A stretch of DNA of 64,000 nt from an uncultured Verrucomicrobiae bacterium. Lineage in GTDB: Bacteria > Verrucomicrobiota > Verrucomicrobiia > Limisphaerales > Palsa-1400. Shown piece after piece: positions 51,424 to 61,970 of the stretch; position 1 is the stretch's first letter; every line of letters begins with the position of its first letter. The translations under genes and the position numbers were made by a program. The notes beneath the pieces were generated by a model. It was given only the letters and a program-made list of their open reading frames with translations, was not told the DNA's origin and did no database searches. The stretch is from the NCBI GenBank assembly GCA_963702845.1, contig OY969763.1:2176001-2240000 (forward strand), given 5' to 3'.

Positions 51424-54407
51424 TCGACGACAAACGCCTCATTGAAGATTACCTGCCGATTGTCGCCATTAGCGCCGAGGCGTCGCGGGAAAAATCCGTC
51501 CGCAAGGGTCACATTTCTACGCTGCATTTGTGGTGGGCGCGGCGTCCGCTCGTCGCCTGCCGCGCCGCTGTCTATGGTGCGCTCGTTCCCGCCTCGCAAT
51601 TCGTACCGAACGGCGGGTCAGACGCGCAAAAGAAATCGCTTGGCCGCGCCAATGCCGCCAAGTTCATCACTGCACTTTGTAAATACCCCGGCTCACCGCA
51701 GGTCATCAAAGAGGCACAGGCGCACATATTGAAGGCACATGCGGAACGGCTTTCTGCGGAACAGGGAAAGAGCGTCAGCGTCGAGGAAATTCTCGCCGGG
51801 CGCGCGCCGCGTCCGCGGGTACTGGATATGTTTGCCGGCGGCGGCGCAATTCCGTTGGAGGCTTTGCGACTTGGTTGCGAAGCCTACGCCAACGACCTTA
51901 ATCCCGTCGCCCACATCATCCAGCTTTGCACGCTCGTCTATCCGCAGAAATTCGGCAAACCCGATCCGACCGCTCGCGGCATGACCGGGCCGAAAGACGA
52001 AAACGGCAAAACGACTTGGGGCGGACTCGCCGAAGAAGTTCGGTATTGGGGGAATTGGGTGCTGGAAAAAGTTCGCGCCGAGATTGGCGATTTGTATCCA
52101 CTCATTCCTGATCCCGATTTTACGCCGCCGAACAAAAGCAAAGGCGGCGATGCCGACAATGCCTTTGCCGAACCGCAGCACGTCATGGGCTTTGCCGATG
52201 ACCCGCAACAGAAGCTCAAAGCGACACGCGGCTTTCTGACGCCGGTGGCCTACCTGTGGACGCGTACGGTGCAATGCAAAAATCCGAATTGCGGCGCGAC
52301 CGTGCCTCTGGTGAAACAAACCTGGCTGTGCAAAAAAAATGGACGCTGCGTCGCGCTCAAAATGGTTGCTCCTAAAGGCGAGAAACGCGTGCGCTTTGAA
52401 GTCGTTGAAGCATCAACAGAACAGGGTTTGGGATTCGACCCGACTGCATTTTCGAAAGCGGGCAACGCAACTTGTCTTTTTTGTGGTGCGGTCGCGGACA
52501 GTGACTATGTGATGGTGCAAGGTTGCTCTTCCGGGTTGAGAGAACAGGCTATGGCGGTTGTCTGTAGCCGACCGGGCAAAACTGGTAAGGTCTATTTGAG
52601 TATTGAGAATGCACAGGAGGCCGTCAGTCCTGACGAAATTTCTTCACGACTTAGGAACTTTTGCGATGAAAATGGGGTCGAAGTTCCCAACGAACCGATC
52701 AGCCCACTGCGCCCTTCGCCAAATGCGCGAGGGTTATCTGGGTTGACCCGCTACGGAGTCAACAATTTCGGAAAACTTTTCAACGCCCGACAACATTTGC
52801 TTCTCCTTTCCCTTTCTTCAGCGGCAAAGAGCGTCGCCTCGGATAGCGAACGATCTGTCGCACTTGGGGCGTACTTAGCTCTCCTCGTTGGAAGGGTTGC
52901 GAATCAGAATTGCGCCTTCACAGTTTACAATACAATTGGGGAAAAGATTGAAGGACCGATGGGTGATAAGAAAGTACCTATGGTATGGGATTACCCGGAA
53001 ACAAATCCTTTTTCTGGTCTAACTGGTGGCGGTGACAACGCGCTCAAATGGATTTTTGAGGTGGTAAAATCTTTGAGCGAAATTACCACCGCCGGAACTG
53101 TCGCAAGGGGAGACGCGACAAAACTTTTATTCGACGACAATATTTTCGACACGATCATAACCGATCCGCCTTATTACGATAATGTTCCTTATGCCGACAT
53201 TTCAGATTTTTTTTACGTCTGGTTCAAAAGATGTGTTGGCCATCTCTTTCCTGAGCATTTTTCGTCGCTACTGACACCCAAAAAAGCAGAAGCCACGGCT
53301 TTGGCGTCGCAACATGGAGGCGACATGTCGAAAGCGACAGGTTCTTACGAGGACAAAATGCTTCTTTCGCTGAAGGAAGCCAACAGGGTTCTCAAATTTG
53401 GCGGTGAACTCGTCGTGGTTTATGCCCACAAGACAACACTGGGTTGGGCCACGCTTGTTGATGCCTTGCGAAAAGCAAACTTTGAAGTTTCTGAAGCTTG
53501 GCCACTCCAGACCGAAATGCCCGCAGGAAAAGTCAAACTTGACAAAGCGATGCTTGCTTCAAGCATTTTTCTTATTGCACGCAAGCGCGGCGGAGAATCC
53601 GTCGGACACGAAGATCAAGTTCGCCCCGAATTGGAATCCATTGTTCGCGAGCGCGTAGAGACGCTTTGGGATATGGGTATTTCCGGTGCGGATTTGGTGA
53701 TTGCCAGTGTCGGAGCGGGCTTGCGCGCGTTCACCCGTTTCGCTCGCGTGGAATATTCTAACGGAGAGGAAGTCCCTGCCGAGCGGTTTCTCACCGAGGT
53801 TGAGACCGTCGTGCTGGAAACCATTCTCGCGCGACTTTCCAAAGAAGTCGGCAGCAAAGGTACCAGCTTGGCCGGCCTTGACTCAGCGACACGTTTTTAC
53901 ATTCTCTGGCGTTACACCTACAAATTCGCTCCACTCGACGCTGGCGAAGCCATCATCTTTGCCAACGGTACCCACGTCGAACTCGACGGCCAAGGCAGCC
54001 TGTCCGCTGGCAGCCATGCCCTCGTTTCCAAAACCAAAGCCAAATACAGCCTCCTTGATTACACTGGGCGCGGCAGTGATGACACAATCGGCCTTCCCAA
54101 AGAGAACGGCGATGCCGCACCGCTCGTTGACGTTTTGCACCGCATGCTCTGGCTCATGGAGAAACGCCCCGCCGAACTTCCCAAGTTTTTGCGCGAAGCG
54201 CAGGTGAACCGCGAACAGTTGCGCCTTGTCGCCCAAGCCCTCGCCGGGCCCGCATTAAAAGGCGGCGAAATGGATGACGTCTCACCCGCTGCCGAACTTT
54301 CCGCCCTCGGCAAACTGATGGCCAACTGGCAAAGTGTCGTGGAAGACGCCGCACAGACGCCGGGCGAGAAGGAAGAACGCAAGAAAGGCCAGAAACAATT
54401 GATCTGA
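51420..54407 (+). CDS. DUF1156 amino-(adenine) DNA methyltransferase
   Basis: RLIEDYLP, LHLWWARRPL, DMFAGGG (motif I), TDPPYYD (motif IV). Confidence 0.92.
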   Translation: MIDDKRLIEDYLPIVAISAEASREKSVRKGHISTLHLWWARRPLVACRAAVYGALVPASQFVPNGGSDAQKKSLGRANAAKFITALCKYPGSPQVIKEAQAHILKAHAERLSAEQGKSVSVEEILAGRAPRPRVLDMFAGGGAIPLEALRLGCEAYANDLNPVAHIIQLCTLVYPQKFGKPDPTARGMTGPKDENGKTTWGGLAEEVRYWGNWVLEKVRAEIGDLYPLIPDPDFTPPNKSKGGDADNAFAEPQHVMGFADDPQQKLKATRGFLTPVAYLWTRTVQCKNPNCGATVPLVKQTWLCKKNGRCVALKMVAPKGEKRVRFEVVEASTEQGLGFDPTAFSKAGNATCLFCGAVADSDYVMVQGCSSGLREQAMAVVCSRPGKTGKVYLSIENAQEAVSPDEISSRLRNFCDENGVEVPNEPISPLRPSPNARGLSGLTRYGVNNFGKLFNARQHLLLLSLSSAAKSVASDSERSVALGAYLALLVGRVANQNCAFTVYNTIGEKIEGPMGDKKVPMVWDYPETNPFSGLTGGGDNALKWIFEVVKSLSEITTAGTVARGDATKLLFDDNIFDTIITDPPYYDNVPYADISDFFYVWFKRCVGHLFPEHFSSLLTPKKAEATALASQHGGDMSKATGSYEDKMLLSLKEANRVLKFGGELVVVYAHKTTLGWATLVDALRKANFEVSEAWPLQTEMPAGKVKLDKAMLASSIFLIARKRGGESVGHEDQVRPELESIVRERVETLWDMGISGADLVIASVGAGLRAFTRFARVEYSNGEEVPAERFLTEVETVVLETILARLSKEVGSKGTSLAGLDSATRFYILWRYTYKFAPLDAGEAIIFANGTHVELDGQGSLSAGSHALVSKTKAKYSLLDYTGRGSDDTIGLPKENGDAAPLVDVLHRMLWLMEKRPAELPKFLREAQVNREQLRLVAQALAGPALKGGEMDDVSPAAELSALGKLMANWQSVVEDAAQTPGEKEERKKGQKQLI

Positions 54408-54408
54408 T

Positions 54409-55475
54409 ATGAGCGCCGCACCGAGAAAGAAAACCACCGGAACTCCCGCCGCAGCGGGCGACCAACCGCAAACGGATTTAATGTTCTATCAAGCCGAGGA
54501 CGGCAAGACCAAGATTGACGTGCGTTTGCAAAACGACACTGTCTGGCTGTCGCAGAAACAGATGTCGGAGTTGTTCCAAAAAGACGTCCGCACTGTCAAC
54601 GAGCACATTCAAAACGTATTTGAGGAGAAGGAGTTACCCGAAAAATCAGTTATCCGGAATTTCCGGATAACTGCCGCCGACGGCAAACTCTACGAAACCA
54701 TGCACTATAACCTGGATGTCGTCATTTCTGTCGGCTACCGGGTAAAATCCCATCGCGGCACTCAGTTCCGCATCTGGGCCACACAGCGGTTGCGCGAATA
54801 CATCGTCAAAGGCTTTGCGCTCGACGATGAACGCCTGAAAAAAGGCGGCGGTGACCATTTCGACGAGTTGCTGGAGAGAATCCGCGAATCCGCTCGTCGG
54901 AAAAGAACTTTTACCAAAAGATCAAAGATATCTACGCGACCAGCGAGGATTACGACGCACACTCAGAAGTCACCGTAGATTTTTTCTCCATCGCTCAAAA
55001 CAAAATCCATTGGGCGATCCACGGCCACACCGCCGCCGAACTCATCGCTTCGCGAGCTGATTCGACCAAACCAAATATGGGATTGACCGCTTGGAGCGGC
55101 GCGAAGGTCCGCAAACACGATGTCCATGTCGCCAAAAATTATCTTACCAAGGAAGAAATGGAACTTCTGAATCTGATCGTAACTCAATATCTGGACTTTG
55201 CTGAGTTCCAAGCCCGGACCAGAAAGACGATGTATATGCGCGATTGGGCCAGAAAACTTGACGATTTTTTGCGCCTCAACGACCGGGAAGTTCTGAACGG
55301 CCTCGGCAAAATCTCCGCCCAACTCGCCAAAGAAAAAGCCGACCGGCAATTCGACAAGTTTGACCAGCAACGGCGCGAGCTTGAGGACGCGCTAGCAGCC
55401 GAGGAGTTCGCCAGAGAAGTCTCCGAACTTGAAAGTAAAACAAAGCAAATTGCGGAGCCGCCGCCCGAGGATTAA
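54409..55475 (+). CDS. RhuM-family protein, apparent 1-nt deletion at ~54888
   Basis: VWLSQKQMSELF, YNLDVVISVGYRV, FRIWAT; one extra A restores ERIREIRSSEKNFYQK and continues into QNKIHWA...MGLTAW. Confidence 0.88.
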
Positions 55476-55490
55476 CAGCCAACCAAAACC

Positions 55491-58334
55491 ATGTCAACGA
55501 ATGTCATCAAACCCTGGGTCGAGTCAGTCATCCTACACCCGGATGTTTTGTCACCGAACTTTTCCGAGGATATATTCGCCCTTGACTTGGGACCGCTTGC
55601 TGACGGCAACAAAAACGTGCCTCCCGTCTATCGCGACCCGGAGCAATTTTTCCGCGCCTCCTATCTCACCACCGGGCTAAAGTCTCTTTTGCAAGACGTG
55701 CTTTCCCGGCTAGCCGGAGGCCCCGGCAATCGCGTCATGAAGCTCATCACGCCTTTCGGCGGCGGCAAGTCCCACACGCTCGCGTCGCTGCTGCATGCCG
55801 CCCGCACTCGCAACGCGCTAGACGTGATCCCCGAAGGCAAGCCTCTCCCCAAACCCGGATACGTAAATACCGCTGTCTTTGACGGCCAATTTTTCAGTCC
55901 TGCCAACGGTAAAGACTTCCCAGACGGGAAAGGTAAAGCGCACACGGTGTGGGGCTGGATCGCTTGGTCGCTCCGGGGAAAGGCTGGGTATGAAATTGTC
56001 CGCAAGGATGACGAAGCACGCGTTGCGCCCGGAGGCGACGACATCATGAAGCTTCTTGGCGATGATGCGAACCTTATCCTGCTGGATGAAGTTCTTGAAT
56101 ATTTGATCAGCGCCGGCGGAATCAAATTGCATGACACAACGTTGCGCGACGAGACGCTCAACTTTCTCAAACGACTTACCGTTGCGGTGGTTAACACTCC
56201 TAAGAGCGTGCTCGTCTTCTCGCTGCAGTCCAGCAAACGGGAGTCGCTTGATTATATCAATTTGCTGCAAACAATTGACCATCTTGCCGCCCGCAAGGAT
56301 CAGCGCCGCGAGCCTGTGGAAGGGAACGAAGTATTGCTGGTCATTCAACGCCGCCTGTTGGCCCAAATGCCCGACGAAGCCGAATCCACCCCAGCAGCGA
56401 GCGCTTACCAAGAAGTTGTCACGGCCATGCGCCGAGCTTACGCCAAGGGCCCCGCCGAGCAGCAACAAGCAGAACAGGAAGGCGTCGAATTGCGTGATCG
56501 TATCCGTGCCGCGTACCCGTTCCACCCGGCTTTGATCGATTTGATGCGCGAACGCTGGGCGGCCCTTCCAGACTTCCAACGAACGCGCGGCGCGCTTCGC
56601 TTCCTCGCCACTTGTTTGCGCGCAGGACATGCCGCCGGAACTAGTCGCGCCGTCCTCGGGCCGGGCGACGTTCCTTTTCACGACCCAGGAGTGCGTCTGG
56701 CCTTTTTCAAAGAAGTCGGCCAGCAAGCAGATTTTCAAGCCTGTCTTGAACACGATTTTGTTGGTGCGAATGCTAGAGCTCGTCGCATTGACGAACGCCG
56801 CGCCAAAGAATTTCCCGCCGAGGCGCTTAAGAAGCCTGCCACCCGCATCGCCACGGCCATTCTCATGTATTCGTTCGGTGGACTCCGGCGCGAGGGCGCC
56901 AGCGTGACGGAGACGTTGCCTCCCGGCATCACTGAAGCCGATTTGCTCGCCATCTCCGTTGGCCCAAGCCTCGACAGCACAACGATTTTGGCCTGTCTCA
57001 AGGAGCTCAAAGAACAGTGCCTTTATCTCCACTTTGACGGCGTTCGCTATTGCTTCAAAAAGGATCCCAACATCACGTTGCTCGTGGAGCAGGAAGCTGA
57101 TGCTATCGGTCGGGACGAAGGCGCGGTGCAGGACACAATCAAAGAAATGCTGGAGGCCAGACTCGCGGGACACAACGTCCATATCTGGCCGAACAAGTCG
57201 GGCGAAGTGCCAGACAAAGAACCGGAGTTCATCATCGGTTACTTGCCGCTCGCATTTGCGGCGGCGACGAAGGGTGAGCAGGAAAAGATAGCCAAAGACA
57301 TCTTTGAAACATTCGGCGACAAACCCCGCTTGTTTCGCAATGGCATTGGTCTTGCCGTACCATCTGGCGACCAGATCGAAATCTTGCGCCGCTCCGTCCG
57401 CTACCTCTCCGCCATCGAGCGGGTCAAAACAAAATCCAAGCAGCACAACTTGACCGATGAACAAAAAGGCCAGTTACGCGAGCGCGAATCCACCGAAAAA
57501 GCCGCCGCCGAATCCGCCTTCTTGAAACTCTACACAGAGGCTTGGTTGCCCAAGCTGGACGGCTCAGCTATTGGCATTGATGCCGTCGCCGTCGGCGGAC
57601 GGCCGTTGCAGACCACCTTGAACGAAAAGAAAGAGGCGCGCATCCATGAGCGCGTCATGGAACTTTTGACTCAGGTGCAGAAGCGCGTCTTCGCCAGCGT
57701 GACACCGGGCAAAATTGTGGAATTTTTCAAACTTGGAGAAGGCACACCGGTAGCGTTAGGAATCCGCATTGGAGAAATCGTAAACGGCTTTTATTCATTC
57801 CTTGGCTTTACTAGGCTCCTCTCAGAAAAAGTCGTAGCGAAGGCCATCGCCGACGGCGTTGCGAACCGCACATTTGCTTATATTGGCGGCGGAACACCGC
57901 CCCTTTCCGCGGACGGCAAATACCAAGTCACGCCCGGCAAAATCCGCTTCGACACTACCATAGCCCTGGACGAAATTGATCTCGAATCGGGTTTTGTGAT
58001 GCTGCCACAAGCCATCCCCCAGCCCGCACCCACAGTTGCGACCGGCGAGCCAGCCGCAGCTACACCCACGTCGATAAACCCGGTCACAGCCGGAGCAACG
58101 GTTTCTGAAACGCCAACGTCACCCGCAGCCGCCGCGCTCCAAACCTTGGTGGACCTGAAATTCACCGCCAATAAGGACAAGATTTTCAGCGCGTGGAACG
58201 CCATCGCAAACCTCGCCGATATGGCCGGCGAAGTCACCGTCACCGTCCATGCCGAAAAAAAAGACGGCTTCGACAAAAGCAAACTGCAAAATGGCGTCCT
58301 CGAGCCGCTACGCGAGGCGGACCTGACTCAATAA
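55491..58334 (+). CDS. DUF499 AAA+ ATPase
   Basis: FGGGKSH (Walker A), LILLDE (Walker B), AYPFHP, FQRTRGALR. Confidence 0.9.
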   Translation: MSTNVIKPWVESVILHPDVLSPNFSEDIFALDLGPLADGNKNVPPVYRDPEQFFRASYLTTGLKSLLQDVLSRLAGGPGNRVMKLITPFGGGKSHTLASLLHAARTRNALDVIPEGKPLPKPGYVNTAVFDGQFFSPANGKDFPDGKGKAHTVWGWIAWSLRGKAGYEIVRKDDEARVAPGGDDIMKLLGDDANLILLDEVLEYLISAGGIKLHDTTLRDETLNFLKRLTVAVVNTPKSVLVFSLQSSKRESLDYINLLQTIDHLAARKDQRREPVEGNEVLLVIQRRLLAQMPDEAESTPAASAYQEVVTAMRRAYAKGPAEQQQAEQEGVELRDRIRAAYPFHPALIDLMRERWAALPDFQRTRGALRFLATCLRAGHAAGTSRAVLGPGDVPFHDPGVRLAFFKEVGQQADFQACLEHDFVGANARARRIDERRAKEFPAEALKKPATRIATAILMYSFGGLRREGASVTETLPPGITEADLLAISVGPSLDSTTILACLKELKEQCLYLHFDGVRYCFKKDPNITLLVEQEADAIGRDEGAVQDTIKEMLEARLAGHNVHIWPNKSGEVPDKEPEFIIGYLPLAFAAATKGEQEKIAKDIFETFGDKPRLFRNGIGLAVPSGDQIEILRRSVRYLSAIERVKTKSKQHNLTDEQKGQLRERESTEKAAAESAFLKLYTEAWLPKLDGSAIGIDAVAVGGRPLQTTLNEKKEARIHERVMELLTQVQKRVFASVTPGKIVEFFKLGEGTPVALGIRIGEIVNGFYSFLGFTRLLSEKVVAKAIADGVANRTFAYIGGGTPPLSADGKYQVTPGKIRFDTTIALDEIDLESGFVMLPQAIPQPAPTVATGEPAAATPTSINPVTAGATVSETPTSPAAAALQTLVDLKFTANKDKIFSAWNAIANLADMAGEVTVTVHAEKKDGFDKSKLQNGVLEPLREADLTQ

Positions 58335-58422
58335 GAAAGACGAAGGACGACTAACGAATCACGCGGGAACTGCCTTCACGTCGCGGTCTTTCTTCGAGAG
58401 TATTGCGCAACTATCATGTCGT

Positions 58423-59010
58423 TCACGCCCTGACCAACTTCACCGTCGATTTACCAGGACTTCCCGCCAGAACGCGCCGCAACAAAGCCTCTACAACGGG
58501 CGTCAACACTCGACGCCGATCCAACTTGTCATAAACGTAAGTCGAACCTGACGACGGCGTCGTGGCCAACTTAATCGCAGCCGACTTCAAACCCTCTCCC
58601 AAAGGCGGCCCGGTGCGATCTGTAATCAGAAGCTCGCGCGCCAACTCACACGTCGCAGCGACGACACAAGGCGGAACAACATCGCTCGAAAGATACAATG
58701 GCGCGGCAGGTCCGAGCCCTATCACTAGCCCCGGCGCCCAAAAGACGCCGCTCGCTTCCCTGTCGGGCACCTGGACGCGCGGCCATTGCAGCGCTTGCGC
58801 ATTCGATTTGTGGAATCCCAGAAATTCACAGTGCGCGTCGATTAGCCGCGTTGCCATTACGAGCGCGATATCCTTGTTGCCGGCCGTCGCCCCCGTCCAC
58901 GCGGACGCGTATAGATGCGCGGCGTGGTAATCGTCGCCGTCCGCTGCAACGGCGTAACTGTTTGCATTCGGCAAACCCGTTCCATCCTCTTTGACAACGA
59001 CAAGCGCCAT
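58423..59010 (-). CDS. Phage head-tail adaptor (DnaT-like family)
   Basis: VVKEDGTGLPNANSY, ALVMATRLID, QALQWPR, ATCELA. Confidence 0.8.
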   Translation of the reverse strand: MALVVVKEDGTGLPNANSYAVAADGDDYHAAHLYASAWTGATAGNKDIALVMATRLIDAHCEFLGFHKSNAQALQWPRVQVPDREASGVFWAPGLVIGLGPAAPLYLSSDVVPPCVVAATCELARELLITDRTGPPLGEGLKSAAIKLATTPSSGSTYVYDKLDRRRVLTPVVEALLRRVLAGSPGKSTVKLVRA

Positions 59011-59327
59011 TAGGTCCTTTCCGGCAAAGTCACAATTTGCTTGAGCCCCAAATCTGAAATCGTCCGCTGCGGAAAACCAGCGTCGTTGTCGGCGTCATAT
59101 CCCTGCACGACAGCGAGCGGAAAAGCCGCTTGCGTGAGCGCAAGCTTCGTTGCGTTCTCATCCGTAAAAAGAGCCGAGCACCAATAATGCGTGGCAGGCG
59201 CTTGGCCGTTCGCCGACAGCCCAATAAAGAAAGTCCGAGCGCCGCCCGCCGCATCGAACTGATCAACAGCGACCGCATTCGCGCGTTCCCGATCTTCCGC
59301 AGCCACAATGATCAAAAAGCGGTTCAT
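59010..59327 (-). CDS. Hypothetical phage protein
   Basis: Translationally coupled ORF; LSANGQAPATHYWC. Confidence 0.6.
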   Translation of the reverse strand: MNRFLIIVAAEDRERANAVAVDQFDAAGGARTFFIGLSANGQAPATHYWCSALFTDENATKLALTQAAFPLAVVQGYDADNDAGFPQRTISDLGLKQIVTLPERT

Positions 59328-60163
59328 AATTTCAAAAAGTTGTAACGCGATTGGAAATAGGCGCGCACACCGTCGGCCTCATCACCGGAAAGAAAGCGGT
59401 CGTAAATTAAAACCTCAGCGCAATCACCGTTACCCGGATAATTATTGGAACCTGATGCACCGAGCATTACTTGCTCAGGCGCAGCCGATGCAGCGGTCGG
59501 CTCAATTCCAGCCTGGACGCCGTTCATATAGATCGCATACGGGTGCACGCCTGGAACAATCCGAGCTTCGAAAAGGAAGAAATTAGTCGTGTCGACTGCC
59601 GACCCGGCCGTCCAACTCGTGAAATAACAAAGCATCCCATTGCCGTATGTTCCCATCGTCCAATCGAGCGAACCGGACGAAATGATTGCCGAGGAGGACC
59701 CACCGACAAGGACGGCCGGCCTCCAAATCACGAAAATCGAAAACGGCGTGCCGTCCGCAATGACCAGCGGCGTCTCCATCCCGTCATCAACCGTATCGAA
59801 ACGAAGCACCGGAAAAGTTTTTCCAGCAAACGTCACCTCCTGCAAAGTCGGCTGCATCGACGCACTGATTTGCGTCGCGTCATTGACGTTCCCGCTGTCG
59901 TCCTGCCAATTCGAAACCGAATCGCCGGGGCCTTCCCCCAAAGAACTCGCCTGCAGCCAGAGCTGCATATCCTCGGGAACAAAGCCGGGATCAGGCCCAA
60001 CATCCTGCGCACGCTTGCGCCGGCGCTTCTGTGCCCAAAGGGCCCACCAGCCATTTCGGCTAACGCTTCCGGGTTGCGGGAGTGGCGGAAAGATTTTGTA
60101 CGAACTTTGCTTCATCGGCTGGCTTGGGAACACCGGGCGAACTCGGCTTCGGCGGCATGACAT
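59324..60163 (-). CDS. LamG/concanavalin-like phage protein (start uncertain)
   Basis: LWLQA...VSNWQDDSGN, LRFD, GDCAEVLIYDRFLS. Confidence 0.7.
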   Translation of the reverse strand: MSCRRSRVRPVFPSQPMKQSSYKIFPPLPQPGSVSRNGWWALWAQKRRRKRAQDVGPDPGFVPEDMQLWLQASSLGEGPGDSVSNWQDDSGNVNDATQISASMQPTLQEVTFAGKTFPVLRFDTVDDGMETPLVIADGTPFSIFVIWRPAVLVGGSSSAIISSGSLDWTMGTYGNGMLCYFTSWTAGSAVDTTNFFLFEARIVPGVHPYAIYMNGVQAGIEPTAASAAPEQVMLGASGSNNYPGNGDCAEVLIYDRFLSGDEADGVRAYFQSRYNFLKL

Positions 60164-60265
60164 CAGGCGCTTTCGCCGAAACCGCTAATGGCCCGACCGG
60201 TTCGGCCTCAACCAAAGGTTTCCGTTTCCGCCGAATGATTGGATAAAGACCTTCCATAAAAGCGA

Positions 60266-60889
60266 TCATTCACCGGCGAACACAGTCACGACGTCTGTCG
60301 CCGCCAAATCCGTAGAACCTGTATTCGCGAGGTCAACGCGATCACCCGTTAGAGTAGTTGTCCCACCCCATGCTTTCGACGCGCCTGCCGCCGTGCGGAC
60401 CTGCACCAAAGCAGCCAGTGGATTGAACGGAAACGCAAACCGCATCGCGGCCAGCGCGACCTCATTTGCATTTACGGCACGCGCCTGTAATTGCACACCC
60501 TTGTAAATGTCAGACCCGCCATACATGGCACCAGCGGCCCACGCATTATTTGCGCCCGCCAACGTCTCACTGCATGCAAGCGCACGTCCCGCGATACCAA
60601 TTCGCGTTACAATCAGAATCTCATTTACGCTGATTGCCTTCGCCGTAATCCCCTGCTGAGTTCTCGCGTTGATCGTCGCAACGAGCGCCGCACCCGCGAG
60701 CGTCGGCGTCAATCCACCCGAACAATCCACGAGAATGTTTCCCGCCGTGACAGCCGCGTTGTTATCAATCTCGTAAACCTCATTCCCGATCGTCAGCGTT
60801 TCCGCGTCAGCGACGTTCGACGCCAACCGCAGCACGTTCGAATATCGCCGCCCAACATGAGCGGCCTTGTCTAACGAAATCGTTTTCAT
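60266..60889 (-). CDS. Putative capsid decoration/structural protein
   Basis: Directly after the capsid gene; Ala/Gly/Thr-rich beta-type sequence. Confidence 0.55.
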   Translation of the reverse strand: MKTISLDKAAHVGRRYSNVLRLASNVADAETLTIGNEVYEIDNNAAVTAGNILVDCSGGLTPTLAGAALVATINARTQQGITAKAISVNEILIVTRIGIAGRALACSETLAGANNAWAAGAMYGGSDIYKGVQLQARAVNANEVALAAMRFAFPFNPLAALVQVRTAAGASKAWGGTTTLTGDRVDLANTGSTDLAATDVVTVFAGE

Positions 60890-60894
60890 ACTTC

Positions 60895-61902
60895 TCAGTT
60901 GTTGTGGACGACTGCGACAATGCGCACGTTCTTCGCCTCGTAAACACGAACCCAATTCGATTGCGTTTCGATTTCTGTGTCAGTCGGATTCTTTCCCGCG
61001 ACCGAAGCGCTCGTGAACTTCACACCGCGAGGATGCAGAATGTAACGGCGGCGATTGATAAGATTCGAATCACCATCAAGCGCCGACCGCGAAAGCTCAA
61101 CGCCTTCCGTTCCGAAACCACCTTGCACAGGATTGTTCAGTTTCGCCGAGCCCTGGCAGAACGCGCCCGGACCGAACAAGTAAGTCGTATAGACATTCCC
61201 GTCAGTTGTCCCAACGCGAACAGGGCAACCGTCGTCGATGATGACGCGCCGACCTTGAAACACCCGAATCACCGGCTTGCCCTCGCTGTCCGGGATGAAA
61301 TCAATCAAATCCAATTTGCGAAGTGCCGCCTCAGTCGCAGAATGCATCGCAACCGCAACGAGTCGATCCCCACGATCACCCAATTTGGCACAAGCATCCA
61401 CGAACGTGGAACCAGTTAAGCGCGTCGCCGATCCCGACCCGGCAATCGACTCACTCGCGATCGAAAGAAGGTTGCTCGACATCGAAGCCGCGCCGAACAT
61501 TCCCTTCAGCGAAGAAATCAAAACACCCTGATTCGTGCGCGCCCAATACGTGCCGACAAGGTTAAGAATCGCATCCATCGGATCATCACCGGCCAACGCT
61601 TTCGCCAGTTGATTCACAGACCACGCTTGGCCGTCGTTATGAATGCGGGAAATATCCTGGTCCGCTCCAATCTTCTGCGTCGTCAGCGGAGCGGCATCAC
61701 TCAGCGGCTGCCGAGCGCCCGAGATGTCGTTCCAAAAAGGCAAATGGGCTTCCGTGCCGCCCTGCTCTGCGAGCGAATCAAACTCCGAATCCATTTGCAC
61801 GATGCCGGATTGATAGAACGCCGACAACGTAGCCGTGCGTTGAATCGCATACTTCTCAAACTCTGTCGGGACGATTACGTCCGCGATTTGTGTCTTTGCC
61901 AT
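60895..61902 (-). CDS. Major capsid (coat) protein
   Basis: TQIADVIVPTEF, LPFWNDISG, GDDPM, MHS, GRRVIIDD, LHPRG, NWVRVYE.K. Confidence 0.88.
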   Translation of the reverse strand: MAKTQIADVIVPTEFEKYAIQRTATLSAFYQSGIVQMDSEFDSLAEQGGTEAHLPFWNDISGARQPLSDAAPLTTQKIGADQDISRIHNDGQAWSVNQLAKALAGDDPMDAILNLVGTYWARTNQGVLISSLKGMFGAASMSSNLLSIASESIAGSGSATRLTGSTFVDACAKLGDRGDRLVAVAMHSATEAALRKLDLIDFIPDSEGKPVIRVFQGRRVIIDDGCPVRVGTTDGNVYTTYLFGPGAFCQGSAKLNNPVQGGFGTEGVELSRSALDGDSNLINRRRYILHPRGVKFTSASVAGKNPTDTEIETQSNWVRVYEAKNVRIVAVVHNN

Positions 61903-61970
61903 AAAATTTCAGCTTTCTATATTCGTTTGCTGCTTTGCGCGAAGCGCCGTGGCCGTAGGTGGCCGACACG

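Noticed and set aside
49172..57464. Long minus-strand ORFs (400 and 548 aa) within the defence operon
   Set aside because: GC-rich antisense shadows with no recognisable motifs
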